NCBI GenBank assembly: GCA_965226585.1
Contig: OZ245366.1
Span: 416,001-480,000 of the forward strand
Direction: 5' to 3'
From: Thermodesulfobacteriota bacterium
GTDB lineage: Bacteria > Desulfobacterota_D > UBA1144 > Nemesobacterales > Mycalebacteriaceae
Length of the DNA: 64,000 nt
Part shown: positions 55,856 through 64,000 of the stretch, piece after piece
Position numbering within the stretch: position 1 is the stretch's first letter
How the letters are laid out: every line of letters starts with the position of its first letter
Translations under genes and position numbers: made by a program
Notes under the pieces: model-generated
What the model was told of the DNA's origin: nothing
Seen by the model: only the letters and a program-made list of their open reading frames with translations
Databases searched by the model: none

Positions 55856-58684
55856 ATGCCACTCTCAACCAACCTCGCTCAAACCCTCAAATCACGCACG
55901 AACTCGGAAGTTCGCTTCCGCAAAATTGACCGCCTTATTTACGCGACTGACGCAAGCAACTACCGTATTCAGCCGCTTGGCATTGTCATTCCCCGCACGG
56001 CGGAGGATGTTTCGGAAACTGTAAAAATTGCCGCCGAATTCGGCGTTTCCATAGTTCCCCGTGGCGGCGGGACGGGGCTTGCGGGGCAATGCCTTGGGGA
56101 AGGAATCGCGGTTGATATGTCCAAATATATGGACGGAGTTGTTGAGATTAACTCAGAAAATAAAACCGCCACCGTTCAGCCGGGCATCTGCCTCGGACGG
56201 CTTAACGCCATCGCGGCGGAAAAAGGGCTTATGTTCGGTCCAGACCCCGCGAGCGCGAAAGTTGCCACAGTCGGCGGCGTGGTGGCAAACAACGGAACCG
56301 GCGCGCACTCAATCCTCTACGGAATGGCGGGCGACAATGTTGTTTCTCTCCGCTCCGTTCTCCACACGGGAAATGAAATCTCCTTCTCAAAAAACACTTG
56401 CGCGGATGCGGAACTCTCACGCAAACTTGAAAACTTCAGAAATCAAAATCTCTCCCTTGTTACGGAAAAGTTTCCCAAGCACTGGCGGCGGGCTTCGGGC
56501 TACTCGCTTAACTATCTGACGGATGACGATTTCAACCCCGCAAAACTGTTCGCCTCATCCGAAGGAACTTTCGGCATCGCAACCGAAATCACCCTGAAAC
56601 TGGTTGACAAACCCCGCCACACGGGTCTTGCCGTCCTCCAGTTCGACGACCTTTTTCGCGCCATTGAAGCGGTTCCCGCAATTCTTGAACGCGCGCCCGC
56701 CGCCGTTGAACTGATAGACAAAATGCTTATCGGACTTACGGAAAAACACGGCGGTTTTTCGCGCCTTCTCTCTTTTGTTAAAGGCAAACCCGCCGCCGTT
56801 ATCGCGGTTGAGTTTTTCGGACACTCAGCGGACGAATGCTCGGAAAAAGCCGCCGGACTTCTGGATTTTCTCAAACAAAAAGGCGTTTCGTGCGAAAAAG
56901 ACCTCGCGCTTTCCACCGAAGACCAGTCAAAAGTGTGGGGCGTGAGAACCGCAGGGCTTGGGCTTTTGATGAGCTCCCGCTCCGGCGCGAAGCCGGTTCC
57001 GTGCATTGAAGACGTGTCAGTTCCCGTCCCCTCGCTTGCCCCTTATGTGAAGGATATTTCCTCAGTCTTTTCCTCGCTGGGGCTTGAAGCGGGCTTTTAC
57101 GCGCACGCGAGCGCGGGGTGTCTGCATATCCGCCCCCTGCTTGACCTTTCAACCCGCAAGGGCGCGGACTTGATGGAAGAGGTTTCTGACGCCGCCCTGG
57201 GGCTCGCCCTTAAACACGGCGGCGTTATGAGCGGAGAACACGGAGACGGCAGACAGAGAAGCCACCTCAACAGACGGCTTTTCGGCGCGGAGATATACGG
57301 GGCGATGACGGAACTTAAAAACATCTTTGACCCGGCGGATATGTTCAATCCCGGAAATGTTGTCAACTCCGCAACCGGAGTCAAAGACAACCTCAGAAAC
57401 GAAAAACACGGCGGCTCGGATTTGCCGCTGTCGCTTGACTGGACGGCAGACGGCGGACTCAGCGGCGCGGCGGCGGCGTGCAACGGGCAGGGGTTTTGCA
57501 GAAAAACCGGGGAGGGGGCGATGTGCCCTTCCTACATCGCAACCCGTGACGAAGCCCACACAACAAGGGCGCGGGCGAACCTTCTGCGCTCCGTTATGAA
57601 CGGCGATGTTGAAGACGGTTTCCTTTTAAGCCCGGAGGCGGAAGAGGTTTTCAGCCTGTGTGTGGGGTGCAAGGCGTGTAAAACGGAATGCCCGTCTTCG
57701 GTTGATGTTGCGAAGATGAAAACCGAGTTTCTGTATCTGAGGGGGCGGAAGCTGGGGTTTTCTCTCGCAGACAGGGTTTTTTCTGATATTCACAAAATCT
57801 CTTCCGTTGTGTCGCGAATTCCGGGCGCGAATCTTTTTGCCTCCTCCGGCGCGTCAAAACTGCTTTCCATCGCCGGTATAGACGGGCGCAGGGAGATTCC
57901 GCTTTTTGCCCCGCAAAGATTTGGCGACTGGTTTTCCTCCCGCCCAAAACGGGAGCCGAAAGAGAAAAAAGCGGTCTATTTTCACGACACATGGGCGGAG
58001 TTTTTCAATCCCGGCGCGGGAAGGGGCGCGGTGGAAATCCTTGAGTCGCTCGGCTACGAAGTGCTGATTGAAAAACGCAGGGTTTGTTGCGGCAGACCGA
58101 TGATAAGCCGGGGCATGATTGACAAGGCGCGCCGCAACGCAGAATTGAACACCGAAATTTTGCGCCCTTACGCGGAAAAAGGTTTCCCCATTGTCGGAAC
58201 AGAACCCAGTTGCGTGTCAATGTTCACTGACGACTACGCAGACCTTCTTCCCGGCTCCCCCGGACAGAAAGCGGTTGCCCGCTCGTTTCTCACCATTGAG
58301 GATTTTGTGAAGCGGGAGGCGGAAACTCTTGCTCCGATGCTTGAGCCGGGCTCAGAGCCCGTTATAGCCCACACGCATTGCCACAGCAAAGCCGCAGAGC
58401 CGGATTCGGGACTTCATTCGGTTCTAAACTCTCTGGGTTTTGACTGCGCGGATTCCGGCGCGGGCTGTTGCGGAATGGCGGGCGGTTTCGGGTATGAGAA
58501 AAAAAACCGCGATGTTTCTGAAAAAATCGCCGGAGACAGGCTTGTTCCCGCGATTGAAAAACACGGCGGAAGAGTTTGCGCGACCGGCATTTCGTGCATG
58601 GAACAGATACGGCACTTTACCCGCGCGCGTCCGCTTCATTTTGCGGAACTTGTGGCGGGCTGTCTTAAAAAATCCGCCGGTTAG
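55856..58684 (+). CDS. FAD-linked oxidoreductase with Fe-S and CCG domains (YdiJ / GlcD-GlcF fusion-like)
   Basis: PRGGGTGLAGQ, SEGT, SGEHGDG, CVGCKACKTECP, CCG motifs. Confidence 0.92.
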   Translation: MPLSTNLAQTLKSRTNSEVRFRKIDRLIYATDASNYRIQPLGIVIPRTAEDVSETVKIAAEFGVSIVPRGGGTGLAGQCLGEGIAVDMSKYMDGVVEINSENKTATVQPGICLGRLNAIAAEKGLMFGPDPASAKVATVGGVVANNGTGAHSILYGMAGDNVVSLRSVLHTGNEISFSKNTCADAELSRKLENFRNQNLSLVTEKFPKHWRRASGYSLNYLTDDDFNPAKLFASSEGTFGIATEITLKLVDKPRHTGLAVLQFDDLFRAIEAVPAILERAPAAVELIDKMLIGLTEKHGGFSRLLSFVKGKPAAVIAVEFFGHSADECSEKAAGLLDFLKQKGVSCEKDLALSTEDQSKVWGVRTAGLGLLMSSRSGAKPVPCIEDVSVPVPSLAPYVKDISSVFSSLGLEAGFYAHASAGCLHIRPLLDLSTRKGADLMEEVSDAALGLALKHGGVMSGEHGDGRQRSHLNRRLFGAEIYGAMTELKNIFDPADMFNPGNVVNSATGVKDNLRNEKHGGSDLPLSLDWTADGGLSGAAAACNGQGFCRKTGEGAMCPSYIATRDEAHTTRARANLLRSVMNGDVEDGFLLSPEAEEVFSLCVGCKACKTECPSSVDVAKMKTEFLYLRGRKLGFSLADRVFSDIHKISSVVSRIPGANLFASSGASKLLSIAGIDGRREIPLFAPQRFGDWFSSRPKREPKEKKAVYFHDTWAEFFNPGAGRGAVEILESLGYEVLIEKRRVCCGRPMISRGMIDKARRNAELNTEILRPYAEKGFPIVGTEPSCVSMFTDDYADLLPGSPGQKAVARSFLTIEDFVKREAETLAPMLEPGSEPVIAHTHCHSKAAEPDSGLHSVLNSLGFDCADSGAGCCGMAGGFGYEKKNRDVSEKIAGDRLVPAIEKHGGRVCATGISCMEQIRHFTRARPLHFAELVAGCLKKSAG

Positions 58685-58848
58685 CCGGTCGCGAAAGCAA
58701 AAACCGCGCTCAAAACTATAAGCCCGATAAAGATTCCCATCATGTAGTAGGGGTAGTTCGGGTTGTATCCCTTCTTTATGTTGGGAACCCGCTTCTGCCC
58801 CCAGATGATTTCCTTCTTCTCTTCGGTTTTTTTCTGGTCTTCCGGCAT
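58681..58848 (-). CDS. 55-aa tail-anchored membrane protein (absent from the ORF track)
   Basis: RBS GGAGGG; MPEDQKKTEEKKEIIWGQKRVPNIKKGYNPNYPYYMMGIFIGLIVLSAVFAFATG*; follows the CBS gene. Confidence 0.7.
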   Translation of the reverse strand: MPEDQKKTEEKKEIIWGQKRVPNIKKGYNPNYPYYMMGIFIGLIVLSAVFAFATG

Positions 58849-58861
58849 TTTCCCTCCGTTT

Positions 58862-59329
58862 TTATTTCTCTCCGGGTGTGGGCCCGAAGGCGTACTCCCG
58901 GGTTATATGAAGTTGGGATTTAAGGTTTTCAAGCATCTTGCTCTGCATATCCCTGCACGAGAGAACGCCGTAGTAGTTGCCGTTTCTGTCTTCAACAACA
59001 AGGTGGGATATGTTGTGCCGGTCAAACAACTCAAGGCACTCGGAGAACTTTTGGAAGAGATTGACCTTAATAACGTCCGGCGTCATTATGTCTCTCACTT
59101 TCGCGCTGTCCGGGTCAACGCCCTCAACAACAACCTTTGTGGAAACATCGTAGTGGCTCACCACTCCAACCAGTTTTCCGTCTTCAAGAACCCCGGTCGC
59201 GCGGATTTTAAGCCGCCGCAATGTTGCCGCCGCCTCGCGCGCGGTGTCTCCGGCGCTGACAGAGTAGAAAACATCACGCTTTTCCACCATGTCTTTAACG
59301 ATAATCTGGCTAAGACTCTTCTCAGGCAC
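58862..59329 (-). CDS. CBS domain pair protein
   Basis: GKLVGVVSHYD, KVRDIMTPDV, ISHLVV..GVLSCRD; GTG with GGAGG RBS. Confidence 0.88.
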   Translation of the reverse strand: MPEKSLSQIIVKDMVEKRDVFYSVSAGDTAREAAATLRRLKIRATGVLEDGKLVGVVSHYDVSTKVVVEGVDPDSAKVRDIMTPDVIKVNLFQKFSECLELFDRHNISHLVVEDRNGNYYGVLSCRDMQSKMLENLKSQLHITREYAFGPTPGEK

Positions 59330-59429
59330 CTCTGATTCCTCCAAAAACATTCTATTACAACCTGCCGCTTCGCGCAATTGATTGGAGTGTTCCGTGTGAT
59401 ATAGTCATAATGCGAAAACGGAGGAAAAT

Positions 59430-60272
59430 ATGGCTGAATACACACATCCCGAAGTTCTGGTTTCAACGCAGTGGGTGGAAGAGCACGCGGGCGACCCCGG
59501 TGTTGTAATTGTGGAGTCCGATGAAGATGTCCTCCTTTACGAAGTGGGGCATATCCCCGGCGCGATTAAACTTGACTGGCAGATAGAACTTCAGGATCAG
59601 GTCGTGAGAGACTATCTTGCGGTTGAAAATTTTGAAAAACTGATGTCTTCCAAAGGCATTTCAAACGACTCAAAAGTTGTTTTCTACGGAGACAAAAGCA
59701 ACTGGTGGGCGTGCTATGCGTTCTGGACTTTCAAGGTTATGGGTCATAAAAACTGCCTCATAATGGACGGCGGAAGACAGAAATGGGTTGACGAAAAAAG
59801 AGAATTGACCCGTGACGTTCCCAAAACGGAAAAGACAGACTACAAGGTTGGCAAAATGGATGAGTCCATAAGGGCTTTCCGCGAAGGCGTTCTGAAACAC
59901 ATGGATGCCGGCGGCGCGCTTGTGGATGTGCGCTCACCCAAAGAGTTCACCGGAGAACTGCTTCACATGGAGGCGTACCCGCAGGAGGGCTGTCTGAGAG
60001 GCGGCCACATACCGGGGGCGAAAAGTGTTCCGTGGGCAACTGCGGCAAACGAAGACGGAACCTTCAAATCCGCCGATGAACTTATCAACATTTACGAAAA
60101 AGAGCAGAAACTCAGTTCCTCAAAAGACGTTGTTGTCTATTGCAGAATAGGCGAGAGGTCTTCCCACACATGGTTTGTGCTTACCTACCTTCTCGGCTAC
60201 AAGAACGTCAAAAACTATGACGGCTCGTGGACGGAATGGGGAAACCTTGTCCGCGCCCCCATAGAGAGATAA
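59430..60272 (+). CDS. Tandem-rhodanese sulfurtransferase (SseA/CysA-like)
   Basis: GHIPGA twice, YCRIGERS active site, YDGSWTEW. Confidence 0.95.
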   Translation: MAEYTHPEVLVSTQWVEEHAGDPGVVIVESDEDVLLYEVGHIPGAIKLDWQIELQDQVVRDYLAVENFEKLMSSKGISNDSKVVFYGDKSNWWACYAFWTFKVMGHKNCLIMDGGRQKWVDEKRELTRDVPKTEKTDYKVGKMDESIRAFREGVLKHMDAGGALVDVRSPKEFTGELLHMEAYPQEGCLRGGHIPGAKSVPWATAANEDGTFKSADELINIYEKEQKLSSSKDVVVYCRIGERSSHTWFVLTYLLGYKNVKNYDGSWTEWGNLVRAPIER

Positions 60273-60285
60273 GGCGGACGGTTTG

Positions 60286-60705
60286 ATGCGGCTCACCGAT
60301 ATTGTTGAGCAGTTCAGAAACTCAGACCTTCAAGCCACTCTGGAGATACTGGTTGACTACTCGGACAGCCTTCCCCCGCTTCCCGACAAATACGTTCCCC
60401 TTCTCAAAAGCAGTGAAAATCAGGTGCCGGAGTGCGAAACACCCGTTTTTCTGTGGGTTGAAGTGAACGGCGGGAAGGTTGAGATATACGCCCATGTTCC
60501 CGAAGAATCGCCAACCGTGCGCGGTTTTGTTTCAATCCTTGTTGACGCTTTCACGGGCGCGTCTCCCGAAGAGGTGGCGCAATCGCCGTCAAACCTTCTC
60601 AACAGTCTCGGGCTTGACACGAAAATAGGCACAAGGCGTATGTACGGGCTTGGAGCCGTGTACGCGAGAATAAAAAAAGAGGTTGGCAAGAAAGCCGGGA
60701 ACTGA
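60286..60705 (+). CDS. SufE family sulfur-acceptor protein
   Basis: VPECETPVFL, ESPTVRGF, RRMYGL. Confidence 0.88.
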   Translation: MRLTDIVEQFRNSDLQATLEILVDYSDSLPPLPDKYVPLLKSSENQVPECETPVFLWVEVNGGKVEIYAHVPEESPTVRGFVSILVDAFTGASPEEVAQSPSNLLNSLGLDTKIGTRRMYGLGAVYARIKKEVGKKAGN

Positions 60706-60709
60706 AAAA

Positions 60710-61099
60710 ATGATACACGGCGAACTGATGGATATGCTGATAGACCACTACGAAAATCCGCGCAACTGCTGCGCGATGGAAGACGCGGACCTTGTTATGA
60801 GCGGCGGCAATTCCGGATGCGGAGACACAATAACGGTTTACGTCAAACTGAACGGCGGCGAGGTCGGCGAACTCAGTTTTGAGGGCAAAGGGTGTATGGT
60901 GAGTCAGGCGGCGGCTTCTCTCATATCCCTCAAAGTCAAAGGAATGCCGGTTGAAGATATTTCCGCGATGAACAGGGACAACATGATTGAGATTCTTGGC
61001 AAAGAGATTGTCGTGCGCCGCCCCAGATGCTCAACACTCGCCCTTGACACACTCAAAGGCGCGCTTCTGAAAATGCGCGCCGGACTTGAAGACTCATAA
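60710..61099 (+). CDS. SufU/IscU-like scaffold protein
   Basis: DHYENPRN, NSGCGD, FEGKGCMVSQA, RPRC. Confidence 0.9.
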   Translation: MIHGELMDMLIDHYENPRNCCAMEDADLVMSGGNSGCGDTITVYVKLNGGEVGELSFEGKGCMVSQAAASLISLKVKGMPVEDISAMNRDNMIEILGKEIVVRRPRCSTLALDTLKGALLKMRAGLEDS

Positions 61100-61894
61100 T
61101 CAGATAAACACGAATATCAGAACCGCCGCCACCGCGAGCCGGTAGATAACAAAAGGCGTATAGCTTCCCCGTCTCGCGAAACTCAGCAGAAACCGTATCG
61201 CAAATATCCCCGTAACCGTTGCGGCCGCCGCTCCGGCGATAACTTCGCCGTCAAGCGGAAGGGTGAACCCGTTTCTCCAAACCCTGTGGGCGATTGCCGC
61301 GCAAATCGCCGGCACGCCCATCATAAAGGCGAATTTCGCGGAATCCTCCCTTCTGTATCCGAGAAACATTCCGCCCGCTATTGACGCGCCCGCCCGCGAG
61401 ACGCCCGGAACAAGAGCGAACGACTGCGCGATTCCGAAGAAAACGCAATCTTTTATGGAAACTCCTGAAAGCCGTTTTGTTCCCTCTTTTCCCGCATCCG
61501 CGATAAAAAGCGCCGCGCTTCCGGCTATCAGTCCGCCGCTCACAACAAGGGGCTGTCTTAAAATCCCCGCTATCGCGTATTCAAACAAAAAACCTGCGGC
61601 GACTGCGGGCAGGGCGGTTATCAGAAGCCCCGCGCCCATTCTTGCCTCCGCGCTTTTCACAGACCCGCTCACAGACGAGCGGTAAAGCGCGCGGACAATC
61701 AGCGCCCAGTCTTTTCTGAAACAGATAAAAATGGCGAGCAGGGTTCCCGCGTGAAGCCACACCGCAAGGTCAAGCCCGCCGTCTTTCCACGAAAAAAGCC
61801 ACGCGAAAATCATAATATGAGCCGTACTGCTCACGGGGAAAAACTCCGTTACCCCTTGCGCGGCTCCGAGAAACGCAATCTCAAACTTTTCCAA
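61100..61894 (-). CDS. uppP: Undecaprenyl-diphosphatase
   Basis: QGVTEFFPVSSTAH, PGVSRAG, FVIYR. Confidence 0.93.
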   Translation of the reverse strand: MEKFEIAFLGAAQGVTEFFPVSSTAHIMIFAWLFSWKDGGLDLAVWLHAGTLLAIFICFRKDWALIVRALYRSSVSGSVKSAEARMGAGLLITALPAVAAGFLFEYAIAGILRQPLVVSGGLIAGSAALFIADAGKEGTKRLSGVSIKDCVFFGIAQSFALVPGVSRAGASIAGGMFLGYRREDSAKFAFMMGVPAICAAIAHRVWRNGFTLPLDGEVIAGAAAATVTGIFAIRFLLSFARRGSYTPFVIYRLAVAAVLIFVFI

Positions 61895-64000
61895 TCAGTT
61901 TCCCCTTTTCGCCTTCAGTATCTTTTTCAAATATGCGCCCGTTTTGGAATTTTTCACCCGCGCCACATCTTCGGGGCTTCCCTCGGCAATGATTTTTCCG
62001 CCGTCTCTTCCCCCGCCGGGACCGAGGTCTATTATGTGGTCTGCGCTTTTGATTATGTCCGTGTTGTGCTCTATCACAATTACCGTGTTGCCTTTCCGTA
62101 TCAACTCGTCCATCGCTTCAAGCAGTTTTTTCACGTCGTTGAAATGAAGCCCGATGGACGGCTCGTCAAGCACGTAAAGCGTTTTGCCCGTCTCCCTCTG
62201 AGACAGTTCTTTTGCTATTTTTATTCTCTGCGCCTCTCCGCCCGAAAGCGTGTTCGCCTCCTGCCCCAGTTTTATGTATCCGAGACCGACCTTCTGCAAT
62301 ATCGCCAGTTTGCGGCTTATCTTCGGAATGTTTGAGAAAAACTCAGCCGCCTCGGACACCGTCATGTCCAGAACCTCTGAGATGTTTTTGTCCCTGTACG
62401 TTACCTCAAGAGTTTCGCCGCCGTAGCGTTTGCCCCGGCACTGCTCGCAGGTTGTGTACACATCGGGCAGGAAGTGCATCTCAACCTTCACGCTTCCCTT
62501 GCCGCCGCAAGTTCCGCAACTCCCCCCTTTGACGTTGAAACTGAAACGCCCCGCCCCGTATCCCCGCAGTTTTGATTCCGGCACTCCGGCAAACAGTTCG
62601 CGCACGGGGGCGAATATTCCCGTGTATGTCGCCGGGTTTGACCTCGGCGTTCTCCCGATGGGCGTCTGGTCTATCCTCACCACTTTGTCTATGTTCGCCG
62701 CGCCCGCAACCGCGCCGCAGTTTCCCCTTTTTCCCCTTCCGCTCCGTGTTTTTTCAAGCGCGGGGCAGAGGGTTTCGTGAAGAAGCGTGCTTTTGCCCGA
62801 GCCCGAAACTCCGGTGAGACAGGTGAACACACCGACCGGAAACGACACGTCCAAATTTGCCAGATTTCGCGCCCGCGCCCCTTTAACCGTGATGAACTTC
62901 TCCGCCTTCCGCCTCTTGCGCGGAACCTCTATTTTCTCTTTCCCCGACAGGTATTTTCCGGTCAGCGATTTCTCGCACGATATAAGGTCTTCAACCGTTC
63001 CGCATCCCGTTATCTCTCCGCCCTGTCTTCCGGCTCCGGGACCCAGATCCAGAACAAAATCGCTGTTTCGTATCGTGTCCTCGTCATGCTCCACAACCAC
63101 AACCGTGTTGCCGTCATCCCTGACGGATTTGAGCGTCCGTATCAGTTTGTCGTTGTCTGACGGATGAAGCCCGATGGACGGCTCGTCAAGCACGTAGGTA
63201 ACGCCCGTCATCTGCGCGCCCAGTTGCGTGGCAAGCCGGATTCTCTGCGCCTCGCCGCCCGAAAGCGCGGGCGCGGAGCGGTCAAGCGTCATATACCCCA
63301 GCCCGACATTTTGAAGAAATCCGATTCTTGAAGCGATTTCGCGTATAACCCCGCCCGCGACCTCCGTCTCGTATTTTCCCAGCCTGATCTGCCCGAAAAA
63401 CCGCGCCGCCTCGTCCATGTCAAGCCGTGATATTTCGTAAATCGTTTTGCCGTCAACCACAACCGAGCGCGCCTGCCTGTTTATCCTCGCCCCCTCGCAA
63501 GACCGGCACGGCTCTGTCGTCATATATCCGGCAAGTTCCGCCTGAACCTCTCCCGACTCCGTTTCGCTTTGCCACTTTGAGAGAGCCCCGATAACTCCGG
63601 GAAATGTGTCTGCGCCGTCCGCCTTTTTATCGCCGTAGAGAATTGTGCGCTTTGCCCCCGCGGAAAGTTTCCCGAACGGAACGGCGGTGCTGAACCCGTG
63701 AAACTCCGCCGCTTCCTCAACAAGCCGTTTGTGATACGGCGAGTTTTTCCACGGAACGATTGCCCCCTCATTCAGGGATAGAGACCGGTTCACAACCAGT
63801 TCGGGCGAAAAGAAGGTTGTTGTTCCAATTCCTGAGCAGTCGCCGCACATACCGTATGGGCTGTTGAACGAGAAGATTCTGGGCGATATTTCCCCGTAAG
63901 CTGTTCCGCAAGACGGGCACGCGAAGTTTTCGCTGAAGTTGACGGTTTTTCCTCCCGCCGCGCAGACGGCGTTTCCTCCCGATTTTTTCAACGCCAGCTC
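61895..64000 (-). CDS. uvrA: Excinuclease ABC subunit A, 3' part (runs off the window)
   Basis: FSFNSPYGMC, LSGGEAQRI twice, GVSGSGKST, IGRTPRSNPATY. Confidence 0.97.
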   Translation of the reverse strand, partial: ELALKKSGGNAVCAAGGKTVNFSENFACPSCGTAYGEISPRIFSFNSPYGMCGDCSGIGTTTFFSPELVVNRSLSLNEGAIVPWKNSPYHKRLVEEAAEFHGFSTAVPFGKLSAGAKRTILYGDKKADGADTFPGVIGALSKWQSETESGEVQAELAGYMTTEPCRSCEGARINRQARSVVVDGKTIYEISRLDMDEAARFFGQIRLGKYETEVAGGVIREIASRIGFLQNVGLGYMTLDRSAPALSGGEAQRIRLATQLGAQMTGVTYVLDEPSIGLHPSDNDKLIRTLKSVRDDGNTVVVVEHDEDTIRNSDFVLDLGPGAGRQGGEITGCGTVEDLISCEKSLTGKYLSGKEKIEVPRKRRKAEKFITVKGARARNLANLDVSFPVGVFTCLTGVSGSGKSTLLHETLCPALEKTRSGRGKRGNCGAVAGAANIDKVVRIDQTPIGRTPRSNPATYTGIFAPVRELFAGVPESKLRGYGAGRFSFNVKGGSCGTCGGKGSVKVEMHFLPDVYTTCEQCRGKRYGGETLEVTYRDKNISEVLDMTVSEAAEFFSNIPKISRKLAILQKVGLGYIKLGQEANTLSGGEAQRIKIAKELSQRETGKTLYVLDEPSIGLHFNDVKKLLEAMDELIRKGNTVIVIEHNTDIIKSADHIIDLGPGGGRDGGKIIAEGSPEDVARVKNSKTGAYLKKILKAKRGN

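Overview
Bacterial chromosomal window of moderately GC-rich housekeeping DNA interrupted by AT-richer accessory patches (about 1-2470, 14560-15570 and 51790-55800). Housekeeping content: prs-rplY-pth-hppA, rpsF-rpsR-rplI-thi4, bioBAF, coaBC, ilvD, tmk-holB...metG, cofG-cofH-gdhA, sulfurtransferase-SufE-SufU, uppP and the 3' part of uvrA. Gene content suggests a deltaproteobacteria-like lineage such as Dadabacteria; this is inference only. Most notable: (1) a DUF3800 (RNase H-like) gene faced by a convergent structured ncRNA candidate with its own promoter; (2) a 76-bp multi-hairpin palindromic element in 10 full copies, forming a tandem array, a long inverted repeat bracketing two autotransporter genes, and an in-frame insert at the same site in both autotransporters; (3) a 3000-aa acidic repeat autotransporter between holB and metG, with a minor-pilin cluster after metG; (4) two accessory insertions that each leave a diverged duplicate of part of the upstream host gene's 3' region; (5) a nuclease/defence-like island with a frameshifted methyltransferase, an ABC-ATPase + DUF4276 pair and a tiny secreted DxDNDG peptide; (6) bioB apparently starting at a non-canonical ATC/ATT codon. 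No rRNA, tRNA, CRISPR array, integrase or transposase was seen. All family calls are by motif recognition, not database search.
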